A DNA stretch of 64,000 nt from Patescibacteria group bacterium (GTDB lineage Bacteria > Patescibacteriota > Patescibacteriia > XYB2-FULL-38-15). Below the pieces are notes generated by a model, which saw only the letters and a program-made list of their open reading frames with translations, made no database searches and was not told where the DNA came from. Below, piece after piece: positions 1 through 9,748 of the stretch. The DNA is taken from positions 71,891 through 135,890 of the forward strand of contig JBAZJZ010000001.1 of NCBI GenBank assembly GCA_041650995.1, in the 5' to 3' direction. Made by a program: the position numbers and the translations under genes. Position 1 is the first letter of the stretch. Every line of letters starts with the position of its first letter.

Positions 1-13
1 GGGCTATTGGGGC

Positions 14-574
14 GTGGCACTTTTTCTTTTTCCGATTTTACTTGGCGTAATTTTTGCCCTAAAAATTTTTATCGTTTGGTATTACAACGCTTTCATTATT
101 ACAAACCGGCGAGTTATCGATCTTGACCAGAGAGGATTTTTCGAACGGATTGTTTCCGAAGCGGCGCTAGAAACAATCCAAGATGTTTCCCACCGCCGCA
201 AAGGAATTTGGCAGACGATTTTTCGCTATGGCGATGTTAGAATCCAAATTGCTGATACGGACACGGGTCTTGAAATAAAAAATGTCCGCGCCCCAGAAGT
301 TACCCAGCAACTTATTTCCGACCTGCTCCATCCCACGCGGCGCAAGCCGGACGGAACTCCGGATTTGTCCATTGCTCCGCCGAATGATGAGGAATTTAAA
401 ATTATTAAAGAAAATATTGCTGACCTCGACGAAAGGCAACTTGAGGAAATTGATAATTTAATTAGAGATAAAATCCGTCAGGCAAAATTAAAAAGACTTG
501 AAGAAATAAAAAATATTGGCCAGAAAGAAGAGAGCTCGACCCGCATTCCTAAAAATGATATACTTAGAGAGTAA
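14..574 (+). CDS. Membrane protein with bacterial PH (bPH_2) domain; true start may lie upstream of the window
   Basis: TM segment followed by FIITNRRVIDLDQRGFF...IQDVSH...IFRYGDVRIQ, typical of bPH_2 proteins. Confidence 0.7.
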   Translation: MALFLFPILLGVIFALKIFIVWYYNAFIITNRRVIDLDQRGFFERIVSEAALETIQDVSHRRKGIWQTIFRYGDVRIQIADTDTGLEIKNVRAPEVTQQLISDLLHPTRRKPDGTPDLSIAPPNDEEFKIIKENIADLDERQLEEIDNLIRDKIRQAKLKRLEEIKNIGQKEESSTRIPKNDILRE

Positions 575-587
575 ATCCTTTTGAATT

Positions 588-983
588 ATGAAGAAAGAAT
601 TGAATGCCAAGCGAGTTATTTCCTCAAAACTCTTTTTATTTTTAGGTGTTATTGTTTTGGGATTTTTAATTTTTTCTTTTGGAAAGAAATTTTTAGAAAG
701 CCGGGAAATTGACAGGGAAATAAAAGAGACAGGGGATGAAATAGCGCGGCTTGAGGCGAAAGATAACGAACTTGAAAGTTTTTTAAATTTCTTGAGTACA
801 GACGATTTTTTGGAACAGGAAGCTCGGTTGAAATTTAATTTACAAAAACCAGGGGAATCGGTCGTGATTGTTCCCGGAACAGGTGTAGAAAGCGCAAATA
901 GCGGGGATCAAAAAGAGTCAGCGGTCGGCAACCAGACATTTAGTAATCCCCAAAAGTGGTGGAATTATTTTTTTAAAAGTTAA
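588..983 (+). CDS. Septum formation initiator (FtsB/DivIC) family protein
   Basis: Single TM, coiled coil, EQEARLKFNLQKPGE motif, C-terminal NPQKWWNYFF. Confidence 0.8.
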   Translation: MKKELNAKRVISSKLFLFLGVIVLGFLIFSFGKKFLESREIDREIKETGDEIARLEAKDNELESFLNFLSTDDFLEQEARLKFNLQKPGESVVIVPGTGVESANSGDQKESAVGNQTFSNPQKWWNYFFKS

Positions 984-1005
984 ATATTAAAGATTAAAAA
1001 CATTT

Positions 1006-2016
1006 ATGGATTTATCTTCAAACGAAAATCAGGAAAAGGAAGTGGGAATTTTGGAAAATAATCCCGAAACTGCTAAAACGGCGGAACTTCCACAAAATTT
1101 AAAAAAGGACGGATTGAAAAAGTTTTTTTTGGGCCTCGGACTTGGCGTGTTGAGCGTTGTAATTTTAGCTGCGGTTATTTTTGGCGTTGGAATCTATCGT
1201 TTCGGCTGGAGCGGCGAGATTGTCGCAAAAATTACCAAAGTGGCGCCGTACCCGGCGGTGTTTGTTAATTGGCGGATGATCGGGTATTACGATTATGCTG
1301 ATGACGTGGAAACCTTGAAGACTTTTTTTGCTAGCCAGGGAGAAGATCTTGGCGCGGCCATTCCGGATGATAAGGAAATAAAAAAGCAGGTTTTGGACAG
1401 GCTTGTTAAAAATGAACTTTCATATCAGTTGGCAAAAAAATACGGCATAAAAATTTATGATGAAGATTTAGAGAAGGAAATTCAAAACATTGTTGATCAG
1501 AGCGAATCAAGGGAAAGTGTTGAGCAAACCTTGGAGGAGCAATACGGCTGGGGAATTGAAGAATTTAAAGAAAAAGTTTTGAAGCCATTTCTTGTGCAGC
1601 AAAAATTACAGGAGGCAATCTCAAAAGATGAAACTTTAAATCAGGAAGCGAAGAAAAAAGCAGAAGATGTTTTAGCTGAAATTAAAAAAGGAGAAAAAAG
1701 TTTTGAAGATTTAGCTAAAGAATACGGTGAAGACGCGACCGCGGAAGACGGAGGTGATTTGGGCTATTTTGGCAAAGGAACAATGGTTAAGGAATTTGAA
1801 ACAGCGGCGTTTTCTTTAGGAGTCGGCGAGACAAGCAGTTTAGTTTTAACAGAATATGGTTATCATGTTATTAAAGTTACGGAGCAGATAAAAGATGAAG
1901 CAGGTGAAGTGAGCGAGGTGCGGGCCAGCCATATCTTGATTAGGACAAAAAGTTTAGATGATTTCTTGACTGAAGAACTAGAAAAGGCAAGGGTTTGGCA
2001 GTGCGTTAAATTATAG
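1006..2016 (+). CDS. PrsA/SurA-like parvulin peptidyl-prolyl isomerase
   Basis: SurA-like N-terminal helices; FEDLAKEYGED..GGDLGYF..GTMVKEFE..YGYHVIK rotamase motif. Confidence 0.9.
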   Translation: MDLSSNENQEKEVGILENNPETAKTAELPQNLKKDGLKKFFLGLGLGVLSVVILAAVIFGVGIYRFGWSGEIVAKITKVAPYPAVFVNWRMIGYYDYADDVETLKTFFASQGEDLGAAIPDDKEIKKQVLDRLVKNELSYQLAKKYGIKIYDEDLEKEIQNIVDQSESRESVEQTLEEQYGWGIEEFKEKVLKPFLVQQKLQEAISKDETLNQEAKKKAEDVLAEIKKGEKSFEDLAKEYGEDATAEDGGDLGYFGKGTMVKEFETAAFSLGVGETSSLVLTEYGYHVIKVTEQIKDEAGEVSEVRASHILIRTKSLDDFLTEELEKARVWQCVKL

Positions 2017-2071
2017 AAAAAGAAAAATTGATAATCAAAAAACAGCCTTCAAAAAATGAATTGCTGTTTTC

Positions 2072-2147
2072 TGGAGCCGACGGTGGGATTTGCACCCACG
2101 ACCTCTGCTTTACGAAAGCATTGCTCTGCTGGCTGAGCTACGTCGGC
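2072..2147 (-). tRNA. tRNA-Thr(CGT)
   Basis: Reverse complement GCCGACG...CGTCGGC-T-CCA cloverleaf, anticodon loop TTCGTAA. Confidence 0.9.
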
Positions 2148-2149
2148 AA

Positions 2150-2220
2150 AGCGGGATACCGGAATCGAACCGGCGCCTCAACCTTGGGAAGGTCGCATAC
2201 TGCCACTATACTAATCCCGC
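2150..2220 (-). tRNA. tRNA-Gly(CCC)
   Basis: Reverse complement GCGGGAT...ATCCCGC-T, anticodon loop TTCCCAA, T-arm GGTTCGATTCC. Confidence 0.9.
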
Positions 2221-2325
2221 GCTTTTTTGTAAATATTAATCTAATTCTAGGATATTTTAGAAGAAAAATCAAGTCCGAAGTTTTAAGGTTGGCATTTTAA
2301 AAAGAATCACGTATAATGATTTAAT

Positions 2326-3006
2326 ATGATTGAGTTTCGAGGCATAGAAAAAATTTATCCTCCAAATATAACCGCTCTGGATGGTGTTAATTTGAAAATT
2401 AACGCCGGAGAGTTTGTTTCTATTGTGGGTCAGTCAGGAACAGGCAAGACAACTCTTATAAAACTTTTGACTGCGGAGGAGCGTCCAACGCGAGGAAAAA
2501 TAACTATTTCCGACTGGGATATCACAAAAATCAGGCGTTCTGAAATTCCGACGCTTCGCCGGCAGATCGGAGTTATTTTTCAGGATTTTAAATTATTGCC
2601 TAAAAAAACTATTTTTGAAAATGTTGCTTTTGCCCTGGAAGTTTGCGGCGCGTCATCCCACAGAATAAAAACGATTGTTCCGCAGGTTTTGCGCATTGTG
2701 GGTTTGGAAGAAAAATCTGGCCGCTATCCAAAACAGGTTTCTGGCGGTGAACAGCAGAGAGTAGCCATTGCCCGCGCTCTTATCCACCGGCCGAAAATTT
2801 TGGTTGCCGATGAGCCGACAGGAAATTTAGATTCCATTAACACAAGAGAGATTGCCGATTTACTTTTGAAAATAAATGAGTTTGGCACGACAGTTATTTT
2901 AGTTTCTCACAATCGGGAGCTGGTGAATTCCTTGCGGCGAAGAGTTGTGACACTCGAGCAGGGGACGGTTATCAGTGATCAGGAAGTTGGGAAATACGTT
3001 CTATAA
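2326..3006 (+). CDS. ftsE: Cell division ATP-binding protein FtsE
   Basis: Walker [34 protein letters not shown]; directly upstream of ftsX. Confidence 0.95.
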   Translation: MIEFRGIEKIYPPNITALDGVNLKINAGEFVSIVGQSGTGKTTLIKLLTAEERPTRGKITISDWDITKIRRSEIPTLRRQIGVIFQDFKLLPKKTIFENVAFALEVCGASSHRIKTIVPQVLRIVGLEEKSGRYPKQVSGGEQQRVAIARALIHRPKILVADEPTGNLDSINTREIADLLLKINEFGTTVILVSHNRELVNSLRRRVVTLEQGTVISDQEVGKYVL

Positions 3007-3015
3007 TTTTTCAAT

Positions 3016-3091
3016 GTAATTACTCAATTACTAATTACCCAATTACTTCACTACAATCTGTAATTAGGTAATTAATGGTAATTAGGTAATT
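3016..3091. repeat. Inverted arrays of short AATTAC/GTAATT-type units between ftsE and ftsX
   Basis: gtaattactcaattactaattacccaattac ... gtaattaggtaattaatggtaattaggtaatt. Confidence 0.6.
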
Positions 3092-3099
3092 TTCTAATA

Positions 3100-4014
3100 A
3101 TGTTCTCGGCGTTATTACGTATTCTAAAATTTTCTTCTCAGGATTTCTGGAGAAATTTTTGGCTTTCCACGGCCACGATAGTAGTTTTGGTTTTGACATT
3201 GGTTTCCATAAATTTTTTAATAACTTTGAATTTTTTGACGAAAACTGCGGTAGCCGAAGTGGAAAATAAAATTGATGTCAGTATTTATTTTAAGCAGGGA
3301 GTGGCGGAAAGCGAAATCGGAAATATAAAATCATATCTTCTAAGTTTATCTACAGTGAAGGGCGTGAAATATGTTTCGCCCGAAGAAGCACTCCGAGAAT
3401 TTGAAAAAAAACATAAAAACGACGCGATAATTAAAGAATCGCTTGAAGAAGTCGGAGAAAATCCCCTGGGAGCGACGCTTGTAATCCGGGCGCATAACAC
3501 GGCGGATTATCCGGAGATTTTGAAAGTTTTTGACGCCGCGCAATACGTCAATATTATTCAAGAGAAAAATTTTGAAGATCACGAAGTCGTAATTAAAAAA
3601 ATTGATTCCATTTCGGAAAAAGCAAAGACAACAGGTGCGGGTCTCGCCGGACTTTTCGCCGTGATCGCGGTTTTGATCGGGTTTAACACGGTCCGTATGA
3701 CGATCTACACGCATCGCGAAGAAATTGGGGTGATGAAATTAGTCGGCGCGGCCAACTGGTTTGTCCGGGCGCCTTATGTCGCGAGCGGAATTTTTTACGG
3801 AATTTTTGCCGTGCTTTTCACGGTTTTAATTACCTTTCCGGCAATCGGTTTTGCCGAGCCGTATTTGGCAGGATTTTTCGGCGGTTCAGAATTCAATTTA
3901 CTCGGATATTTTTCAAATAATTTTCTGCAGATTTTTGGCTGGCAGTTTGTGGGCGTAGTTCTTCTGAATATGGTGACAAGCAGTCTGGCGGTCGGCCGGT
4001 ACTTGAAAGTTTAA
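3100..4014 (+). CDS. ftsX: Cell division permease FtsX
   Basis: 4 TM, YVSPEEAL, ENPL, REEIGVMKLVGA motifs. Confidence 0.95.
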   Translation: MFSALLRILKFSSQDFWRNFWLSTATIVVLVLTLVSINFLITLNFLTKTAVAEVENKIDVSIYFKQGVAESEIGNIKSYLLSLSTVKGVKYVSPEEALREFEKKHKNDAIIKESLEEVGENPLGATLVIRAHNTADYPEILKVFDAAQYVNIIQEKNFEDHEVVIKKIDSISEKAKTTGAGLAGLFAVIAVLIGFNTVRMTIYTHREEIGVMKLVGAANWFVRAPYVASGIFYGIFAVLFTVLITFPAIGFAEPYLAGFFGGSEFNLLGYFSNNFLQIFGWQFVGVVLLNMVTSSLAVGRYLKV

Positions 4015-4066
4015 AAGAAAAAAGATAAAATACAGACAAGCTGAAATGTCTGTTTTTTTATTTCAT

Positions 4067-4140
4067 TCCGGGATCGTCTAATGGCAGGACAGCAGCCTTT
4101 GAAGCTGTTTATCTTGGTTCGAATCCAAGTCCCGGAGCCA
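4067..4140 (+). tRNA. tRNA-Gln(TTG)
   Basis: TCCGGGA...TCCCGGA-G-CCA, anticodon loop CTTTGAA, GGTTCGAATCC. Confidence 0.92.
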
Positions 4141-4479
4141 AGGGAAAGTTTGGGTATCGACCCAGACTTTCCCTTGATCTCGCGGACGGGCGATTCAACC
4201 GAGCCCCCGAACCGGCCGCTTTGTCCTTCCGGCACCGAGGAGCCTTCGAATCCAAGTCCCGGAGCCATTAAATATGAATAAAAACATAATTAGAATACTG
4301 TGTTTTGTTTTTGCTATACTGCTTGGTGTTTTTATGTTTGTATATGGGGAATTTGATGATAGCCCAGGAGGACAATTGCTCGGACTTATAGTAGTTGTCA
4401 TTGGCATTGTGGGTATTATAAGAAGTAAGAAAAAAATTTCAAACTAACGAGGAGCCTTCGAATCCAAGTCCCGGAGCCA
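4141..4479 (+). repeat. Two extra copies of the tRNA-Gln 3' 23 nt (4245-4267, 4457-4479), each preceded by CGAGGAGCC
   Basis: Exact repeats of TTCGAATCCAAGTCCCGGAGCCA (original 4118-4140). Confidence 0.9.
4274..4447 (+). CDS. Small 57-aa two-TM membrane protein (not in the ORF track)
   Basis: Read by hand: MNKNIIRILCFVFAILLGVFMFVYGEFDDSPGGQLLGLIVVVIGIVGIIRSKKKISN*. Confidence 0.7.
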   Translation: MNKNIIRILCFVFAILLGVFMFVYGEFDDSPGGQLLGLIVVVIGIVGIIRSKKKISN

Positions 4480-4539
4480 AAGAAAAGTACAGATTCTTGT
4501 TCTACACTTTTCCTTGGCTCGTGGTAGTTGTTTTTTAAT

Positions 4540-5691
4540 ATGGGTAATACTTTATTTGATAATTTTAATAGAACTTACGATGGCCCAGCTAACTATACGG
4601 AATCCGAGTTTGATTACTTAAATAAATCAGCACGTGAAGGTTGTGAAAATGCACGAAAATGTCTAGATTTGTGGTTTAGAGAATATTGCATTAGATACCC
4701 GTCTGCCATAAAAGATTTTAAAGGGCGATTCTGTTCTCAGAGTGATGAGCAGCATCTTGGAGCTATTACTGAACTTTATTTGCACAATTTTTTATTAAAA
4801 AGTGGTTATAATAAAATTGAGAATCATCCAGAGACAGAATCCGCCAAGCATCCAGAATTTTTAGTATTGGACGATGGTAAGCCCTTATTTTTTGCAGAAG
4901 CCGCTATGGTTTATGGTCGTAGAGATAGGGGTCGTGTAAAAAAATTCGAAGCAACCATACTTGATTCCATAAATACTATTGAATCACAAAATTTTTTAAT
5001 CTTAGTTGAAATAGAATCAGTTGATTCTAATCGGCCGCCCTCCACGAAAAAAATAAAAGAGTGTATCGAGAAACAATTAAATTGCCTGGATTACTGCGAA
5101 GTTCTAGAAAAAGATGAAGAGCAATATCCAAAATGGGAGTATAGAGAAAATAATTGGAAATTAAACTTTATTGCTTCTCCCATTGAGGCGGAGGCTCGTC
5201 ATTATCAAGATAGATTTCCTTCTAGGAATATTGGGAGCATTAATTACCCTATTAAACAAATTGAATTAGACGAAGAGATTAAGGAAACCGTTTCGAAAAA
5301 AAGCAAAAAGTATGGCAATTTAAGATTACCTTTTATTATTGTGTTAAATGTAATTAGCGACAGTATATTCTATAGCGATGAAGTGGCTATAAGCGCATTA
5401 TTTGGTAAGCGGACGGTTCAATCTGTCACTGATGCTAATGGCACAAGGACAATTAAGCAGGGACGTACATTTGATGGAATTATTGTACATCCAGGAACAG
5501 GCATTCAAAACACCAAGATGTCGGGCTTGTTAATAATGAAAAATCTTACTAGTTTTACATTAGAAAACGTCAAACCAGTTTTGTGGCATCATCCAAAAGC
5601 TAAATATCCATTTGATGTCAATTTTTTAAAAGATATTGATCATAAAATTTATAATCCTAGCAGCGGCAAAATGGAAGATAAAATGTCATAA
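4540..5691 (+). CDS. Hypothetical protein, possible PD-(D/E)XK-like nuclease fold; accessory gene downstream of the tRNA-Gln repeats
   Basis: Long AT-rich ORF; ELYLH...HPEFLV...FAEA resembles a degenerate E..PD..E-x-K pattern (inference). Confidence 0.55.
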   Translation: MGNTLFDNFNRTYDGPANYTESEFDYLNKSAREGCENARKCLDLWFREYCIRYPSAIKDFKGRFCSQSDEQHLGAITELYLHNFLLKSGYNKIENHPETESAKHPEFLVLDDGKPLFFAEAAMVYGRRDRGRVKKFEATILDSINTIESQNFLILVEIESVDSNRPPSTKKIKECIEKQLNCLDYCEVLEKDEEQYPKWEYRENNWKLNFIASPIEAEARHYQDRFPSRNIGSINYPIKQIELDEEIKETVSKKSKKYGNLRLPFIIVLNVISDSIFYSDEVAISALFGKRTVQSVTDANGTRTIKQGRTFDGIIVHPGTGIQNTKMSGLLIMKNLTSFTLENVKPVLWHHPKAKYPFDVNFLKDIDHKIYNPSSGKMEDKMS

Positions 5692-5697
5692 TCAAAT

Positions 5698-6564
5698 ATG
5701 TCCGACTATATAATCCTAAAAACTAAACCCTCGGCTGATTACGAGCTAATTGATTCCGGAGAGGGAAAAAAATTGGAACGCTATGGGCGGTTTGTTTTTT
5801 CGCGCCCGGATCCGCAGGCCCTTTGGCCAAAATTAAATTTGGCCGCGTGGAAAAAAGTGGACGGCGAATTTAAGCGCAGCGCGGAATCGGCAGAATGGAA
5901 AATAAAGCGTGAAGTTCCCGGTCGTTGGCAGATAAATTTGGCGGGTTTGGATTTTTGGATAAAACCCACGACTTTTAAACATTTGGGAATTTTTCCGGAA
6001 CAAGTCGGAAATTGGGAATGGATTAAAAATTTGGTCGGTAAGGCGAAAAGAAAAGTTTCAGTCTTAAATCTTTTTGGCTATACGGGCGGCGCGACGCTTG
6101 CCGCGGCCGCGGCTGGCGCGGAAGTATGCCACTTGGATGGATCAAAAGTTGCGATTACCTGGGCGCGAGATAACGCGGCTTTGTCAAAATTAGATAAAAA
6201 ACCGATTCGCTGGATTTTGGAAGACGCGGTGAAATTCGTAAAACGGGAAATTAAACGCGGCCATCGCTATGAGGGAATTATTTTGGATCCGCCGGCGTTT
6301 GGTCACGGTCCAGGCGGTGAACTTTGGAAAATTGAAGATAATTTTTTAGAATTAATGGATTTGTGTTTTAAATTACTTTCCGAAAAGCCTCTATTTTTTC
6401 TGATAAATGGTTATGCTTCAGGATATTCGGCGACTGCTTATAAAAATAATTTGTTGCCGCTCGTTAAAAAATATGGCGGAACACTCGAGGCGGGAGAATT
6501 GACAATTGAAGAAAAAAGCGGCCGGCTCTTGCCTTGCGGAATTTTTGCGAGGTGGAATTCTTAA
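5698..6564 (+). CDS. Class I SAM-dependent methyltransferase (RlmI/RlmK-like)
   Basis: YELIDSG..KKLERYG, VLNLFGYTGG, IILDPPAFG motifs. Confidence 0.85.
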   Translation: MSDYIILKTKPSADYELIDSGEGKKLERYGRFVFSRPDPQALWPKLNLAAWKKVDGEFKRSAESAEWKIKREVPGRWQINLAGLDFWIKPTTFKHLGIFPEQVGNWEWIKNLVGKAKRKVSVLNLFGYTGGATLAAAAAGAEVCHLDGSKVAITWARDNAALSKLDKKPIRWILEDAVKFVKREIKRGHRYEGIILDPPAFGHGPGGELWKIEDNFLELMDLCFKLLSEKPLFFLINGYASGYSATAYKNNLLPLVKKYGGTLEAGELTIEEKSGRLLPCGIFARWNS

Positions 6565-6566
6565 AT

Positions 6567-7235
6567 ATGAAGTTGAATGTTTTATATGAAGATAATCATT
6601 TGATCGTGGTGGAAAAACCAGCTGGGATGCTTGTGCAAGGAGATAAAACTGGTGATCCCTGTTTAATGGATGAAGTAAAAAAATATTTGAAAGAAAAATA
6701 TAAAAAATCGGGCAATGTTTTTTTGGGACTTGTGCATCGGCTGGATCGTCCGGTCGGCGGTGTCGTGCTTTTTGCGAAGACGGGCAAAGGTGCCTCAAGG
6801 CTCTCTGCGCAGTTTCGCGAGCGAAGTGTGGAAAAATATTATTTTGCGGTTGTCGTCGGAAAAATGAAAGAGAAAAGCGGCAAGATTGTAAGTTTTTTGA
6901 AAAAAGATGAAAAGAAAAACGTTGCAGAAGTTTTTACGTGCGAAGTGCCCGGAACAAAACGCGCTGAGCTTTTTTGGGAACAAGTTTCTTCCGGCAAAGA
7001 AAATTCACTTTTAAAAATAAAATTGGGAACAGGCCGGACGCACCAGATTCGCGCTCAGCTTGCTTCGATTAATCATCCGATTTTGGGCGATGTAAAATAT
7101 GGCGCGCCAAAACCTCTGCCCGATAAATTTATTGCTCTTTTTGCCGCTTCACTTTCTTTTAAATTGGCCACGCAAGATGAGGCCAAAACGATTGAACTTC
7201 CTTGGCCAAAAGTTTGGGAAAAATATTTAAATTAA
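6567..7235 (+). CDS. RluA-family pseudouridine synthase
   Basis: LYED..VVEKPAG, VHRLDRPVGG, TGRTHQIRAQ, HPILGDVKYG. Confidence 0.93.
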   Translation: MKLNVLYEDNHLIVVEKPAGMLVQGDKTGDPCLMDEVKKYLKEKYKKSGNVFLGLVHRLDRPVGGVVLFAKTGKGASRLSAQFRERSVEKYYFAVVVGKMKEKSGKIVSFLKKDEKKNVAEVFTCEVPGTKRAELFWEQVSSGKENSLLKIKLGTGRTHQIRAQLASINHPILGDVKYGAPKPLPDKFIALFAASLSFKLATQDEAKTIELPWPKVWEKYLN

Positions 7236-7299
7236 TCCGGCTTCGCGAAAAAAGATTTTTCCGACCGGTTTTTTGATTAAATTTTTAACATTACAAAGT

Positions 7300-7653
7300 A
7301 TGGCAAATCTTCAAGAAGTTTGGCTCCGCATGCAAAAAACAAAAAAGAAACAAAAAGAAATAAGATCCGCGTATAAAGACGCGTTGGCCAATAGCGCTGA
7401 TTATGGAAAAATCGTGGAAGATTTAAAAACCCTTCGCGAAAAAAAGAAAAAAATTGAAATGGATGTGCGAGGAGATTTTTCTTCCGAGTTTAATGAACTT
7501 GAAACTTTGAAAGCGGACACGGAAACCGACGCGGAAATGCTTTCGGATTTAGCTTTAAATACCTTCGTGAAAGGGGAGACGGTCCAAGTGACTGATGAAT
7601 ACGAAAATAAATACGAGCCGGTTTTTGTCGTGAAATTTAAACGGGTATATTAA
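7300..7653 (+). CDS. Hypothetical coiled-coil protein
   Basis: Clean ORF with host-like codon usage; no motif recognised. Confidence 0.65.
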   Translation: MANLQEVWLRMQKTKKKQKEIRSAYKDALANSADYGKIVEDLKTLREKKKKIEMDVRGDFSSEFNELETLKADTETDAEMLSDLALNTFVKGETVQVTDEYENKYEPVFVVKFKRVY

Positions 7654-7732
7654 CGTTATAATGGAAATGGACGTTGATTTTTAAAAATGGTAAAATTTAA
7701 TCAGCGTCCGGCTAAGTCATAATCTTAAAATT

Positions 7733-8464
7733 ATGAAAAAACAAGTATTTTCCATTGTAGTTTTGGCCGCCTTAGTCGTTGGTTTTTGGCCAGCGGCGGA
7801 AGTTAGGGCCGGGGAATGTTGCGGCTGTGATCCGATTTACGACCGCGATTTGCGCGGCGAAGTTATTATTAGTGCTTATGTTAGAAATGAGCCATGCACG
7901 GTGAATTCCACGATTTTGAAAACCGTGGTCAAGGGGTCAGTCATTAAAGTTATCGGTGAAACCGACGGTTGGTATAAAGTGGAATTGGCTGACGGAACAG
8001 TTGGTTGGGTTGGGCAAGTTTTGATGCAAATTACAAGCAAGGCTCTGACAAACACCTCGGGAACAACAAGCGGAACTTCTGGCAGCTCGGCCTCTACGGC
8101 AAGTTTGGCGAAATATTTGGGATATATTTTCTTGGCCGTGGAAAAACATGGCGAGGCATACTACTATTATCCGGTAAATCAAAAAGGATATTACCTGGGG
8201 AGGCCGGCCGATGCGTTTAATGTGATGCGGACGTTGGGACTCGGCGCCACACACGAATTTATCCAGAACACAACTTATTTCCCATCGCACGTTGTCGGAA
8301 GAATTTTACTTGACGTCCAATCGCACGGCGAAGCTTACTACATTTATCCAAAAGACAGAAAAAAATATTATCTTGGCCGGCCGGATGACGCGTTTAGAAT
8401 TATGAGAGAGTTAGGTTTAGGGATTAGCAATACGAACTTGACGGCGCTGCCGCTCGCGCAATAA
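7733..8464 (+). CDS. Secreted SH3b-domain protein with two C-terminal repeats
   Basis: Signal peptide; GWYKVELADGTVGWV (SH3b); two G.I.L.V..HGEAYY.YP...YYLGRP.DAF repeats. Confidence 0.8.
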   Translation: MKKQVFSIVVLAALVVGFWPAAEVRAGECCGCDPIYDRDLRGEVIISAYVRNEPCTVNSTILKTVVKGSVIKVIGETDGWYKVELADGTVGWVGQVLMQITSKALTNTSGTTSGTSGSSASTASLAKYLGYIFLAVEKHGEAYYYYPVNQKGYYLGRPADAFNVMRTLGLGATHEFIQNTTYFPSHVVGRILLDVQSHGEAYYIYPKDRKKYYLGRPDDAFRIMRELGLGISNTNLTALPLAQ

Positions 8465-8526
8465 AATTATACCCCGGATTAATTTCCGGGGTTTTGGTAT
8501 AAATTTATCAAGAAGGGGGTGAATTT

Positions 8527-8901
8527 ATGAATTGGAAAAAAGCCATTGGTTTTGGCGCTCTTCTTTGGGTGCTAATGTTTGTCATAGTTTGTATTTTTAT
8601 TGGTTTTAAAGTTCCTGAATCAACTTGGCTAAACATTGGATACGCTATTATTGCCGGCATTATCTCTTTCATTTTGGCTGGTTACGTTAAGCCAAAAAGT
8701 TATGGTTTAGCTTTGGGTTACGGCATTTCATGGCTCGTGGTTGGCGTGATTTTGGATGCCATTGTCACGATGCGATTTAACCCGGCGATTTTTTCTTCCT
8801 GGACGCTTTGGCTCGGCTATGGTCTTGCTATCGTAGCGATTCTTTTGCGGGTTAAAAAAGTTCCGACAATGATCGCACCGCCTCCACCACCGCAAGTGTA
8901 A
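8527..8901 (+). CDS. 4-TM membrane protein
   Basis: Hydrophobic ORF with AAGGGGGT SD. Confidence 0.7.
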   Translation: MNWKKAIGFGALLWVLMFVIVCIFIGFKVPESTWLNIGYAIIAGIISFILAGYVKPKSYGLALGYGISWLVVGVILDAIVTMRFNPAIFSSWTLWLGYGLAIVAILLRVKKVPTMIAPPPPPQV

Positions 8902-9028
8902 AATATATTTAGTCGCGACTAAATACTCGCCCAAAGGCGGGTATTTTGTTTGCGGAAATTTTTTATTTATGATAGGACAGATTAAAGCCCTGGGCGAATA
9001 GGCGCCTAGCGGTTACAAGAGGGAGGGC

Positions 9029-9598
9029 GTGATGGAGGAGAGGAAAGTCGGCTGGGGAGACCGGGTATTAAAACCGATCGTCAAGCGAATCCCATCCTGG
9101 ATCAAGCCCAATCACTTGACCTACGTTCGCGCTGCGATGGTTGCGCCCGTGGTCGCCTGCCTTTGGTATGGCTTGAACATTCTAGCGGTGGTTTTTCTTT
9201 CTGTAGCCGTGTTGCTGGACGCGTTGGACGGCGCCATGGCACGAATCCGAAATCACCAGACTTCAAATGGCGAGTGGCTCGACGCTTACGCTGACAAGCT
9301 GCTTATCGTTGGATTGCTTCTGAGCTATGGCTGGGATCACTTCCCGCCAGTGCTCATCTGGCTCGTCTTCACGGTTGAAATTGTCCTTTGCCTTGGCCGG
9401 CCAATTAAAATCCAGCTCGGCAAATCGGGCAAGGCCAACGTTTTCGGCAAGATCAAGATGTGGCTACAGAGCGCGGCTGTCATTGGACTTGCGGCGCATG
9501 CCGACTGGACGCTTGTCGTTGCCAACGTCGCTCTTTGGGCGGCGCTTGGTTTCGCCGCGTTGAGTCTCGCTGGCCACATTTGGGACATTGCCGCATGA
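9029..9598 (+). CDS. CDP-alcohol phosphatidyltransferase (PgsA-like)
   Basis: PNHLTYVR, DALDGAMAR...GEWLDAYADK signature; GC-richer than neighbours. Confidence 0.88.
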   Translation: MMEERKVGWGDRVLKPIVKRIPSWIKPNHLTYVRAAMVAPVVACLWYGLNILAVVFLSVAVLLDALDGAMARIRNHQTSNGEWLDAYADKLLIVGLLLSYGWDHFPPVLIWLVFTVEIVLCLGRPIKIQLGKSGKANVFGKIKMWLQSAAVIGLAAHADWTLVVANVALWAALGFAALSLAGHIWDIAA

Positions 9599-9748
9599 AG
9601 TCAGTTAGCCGCTGGGCAAGGAGAACCTGGGCGGTTCATCCCGTATTTTGTCCTCGGACAGGGTACGGGATTTTTTTATTTATTAATCTGTGGTAAAATA
9701 ACAATAAGAGAATTTAGCTAAATTCTATAATATTTAATTGAGAATTTT

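Noticed and set aside
2028-2300. ORFs overlapping tRNA genes (also 4011-4281, 28852-29192)
   Set aside because: Spurious translations of tRNA sequence
4118-4479. CRISPR array or prophage att sites
   Set aside because: Repeats are tRNA 3' sequence with 104- and 189-nt unequal spacers, one holding a gene; no cas, integrase or phage genes in the window
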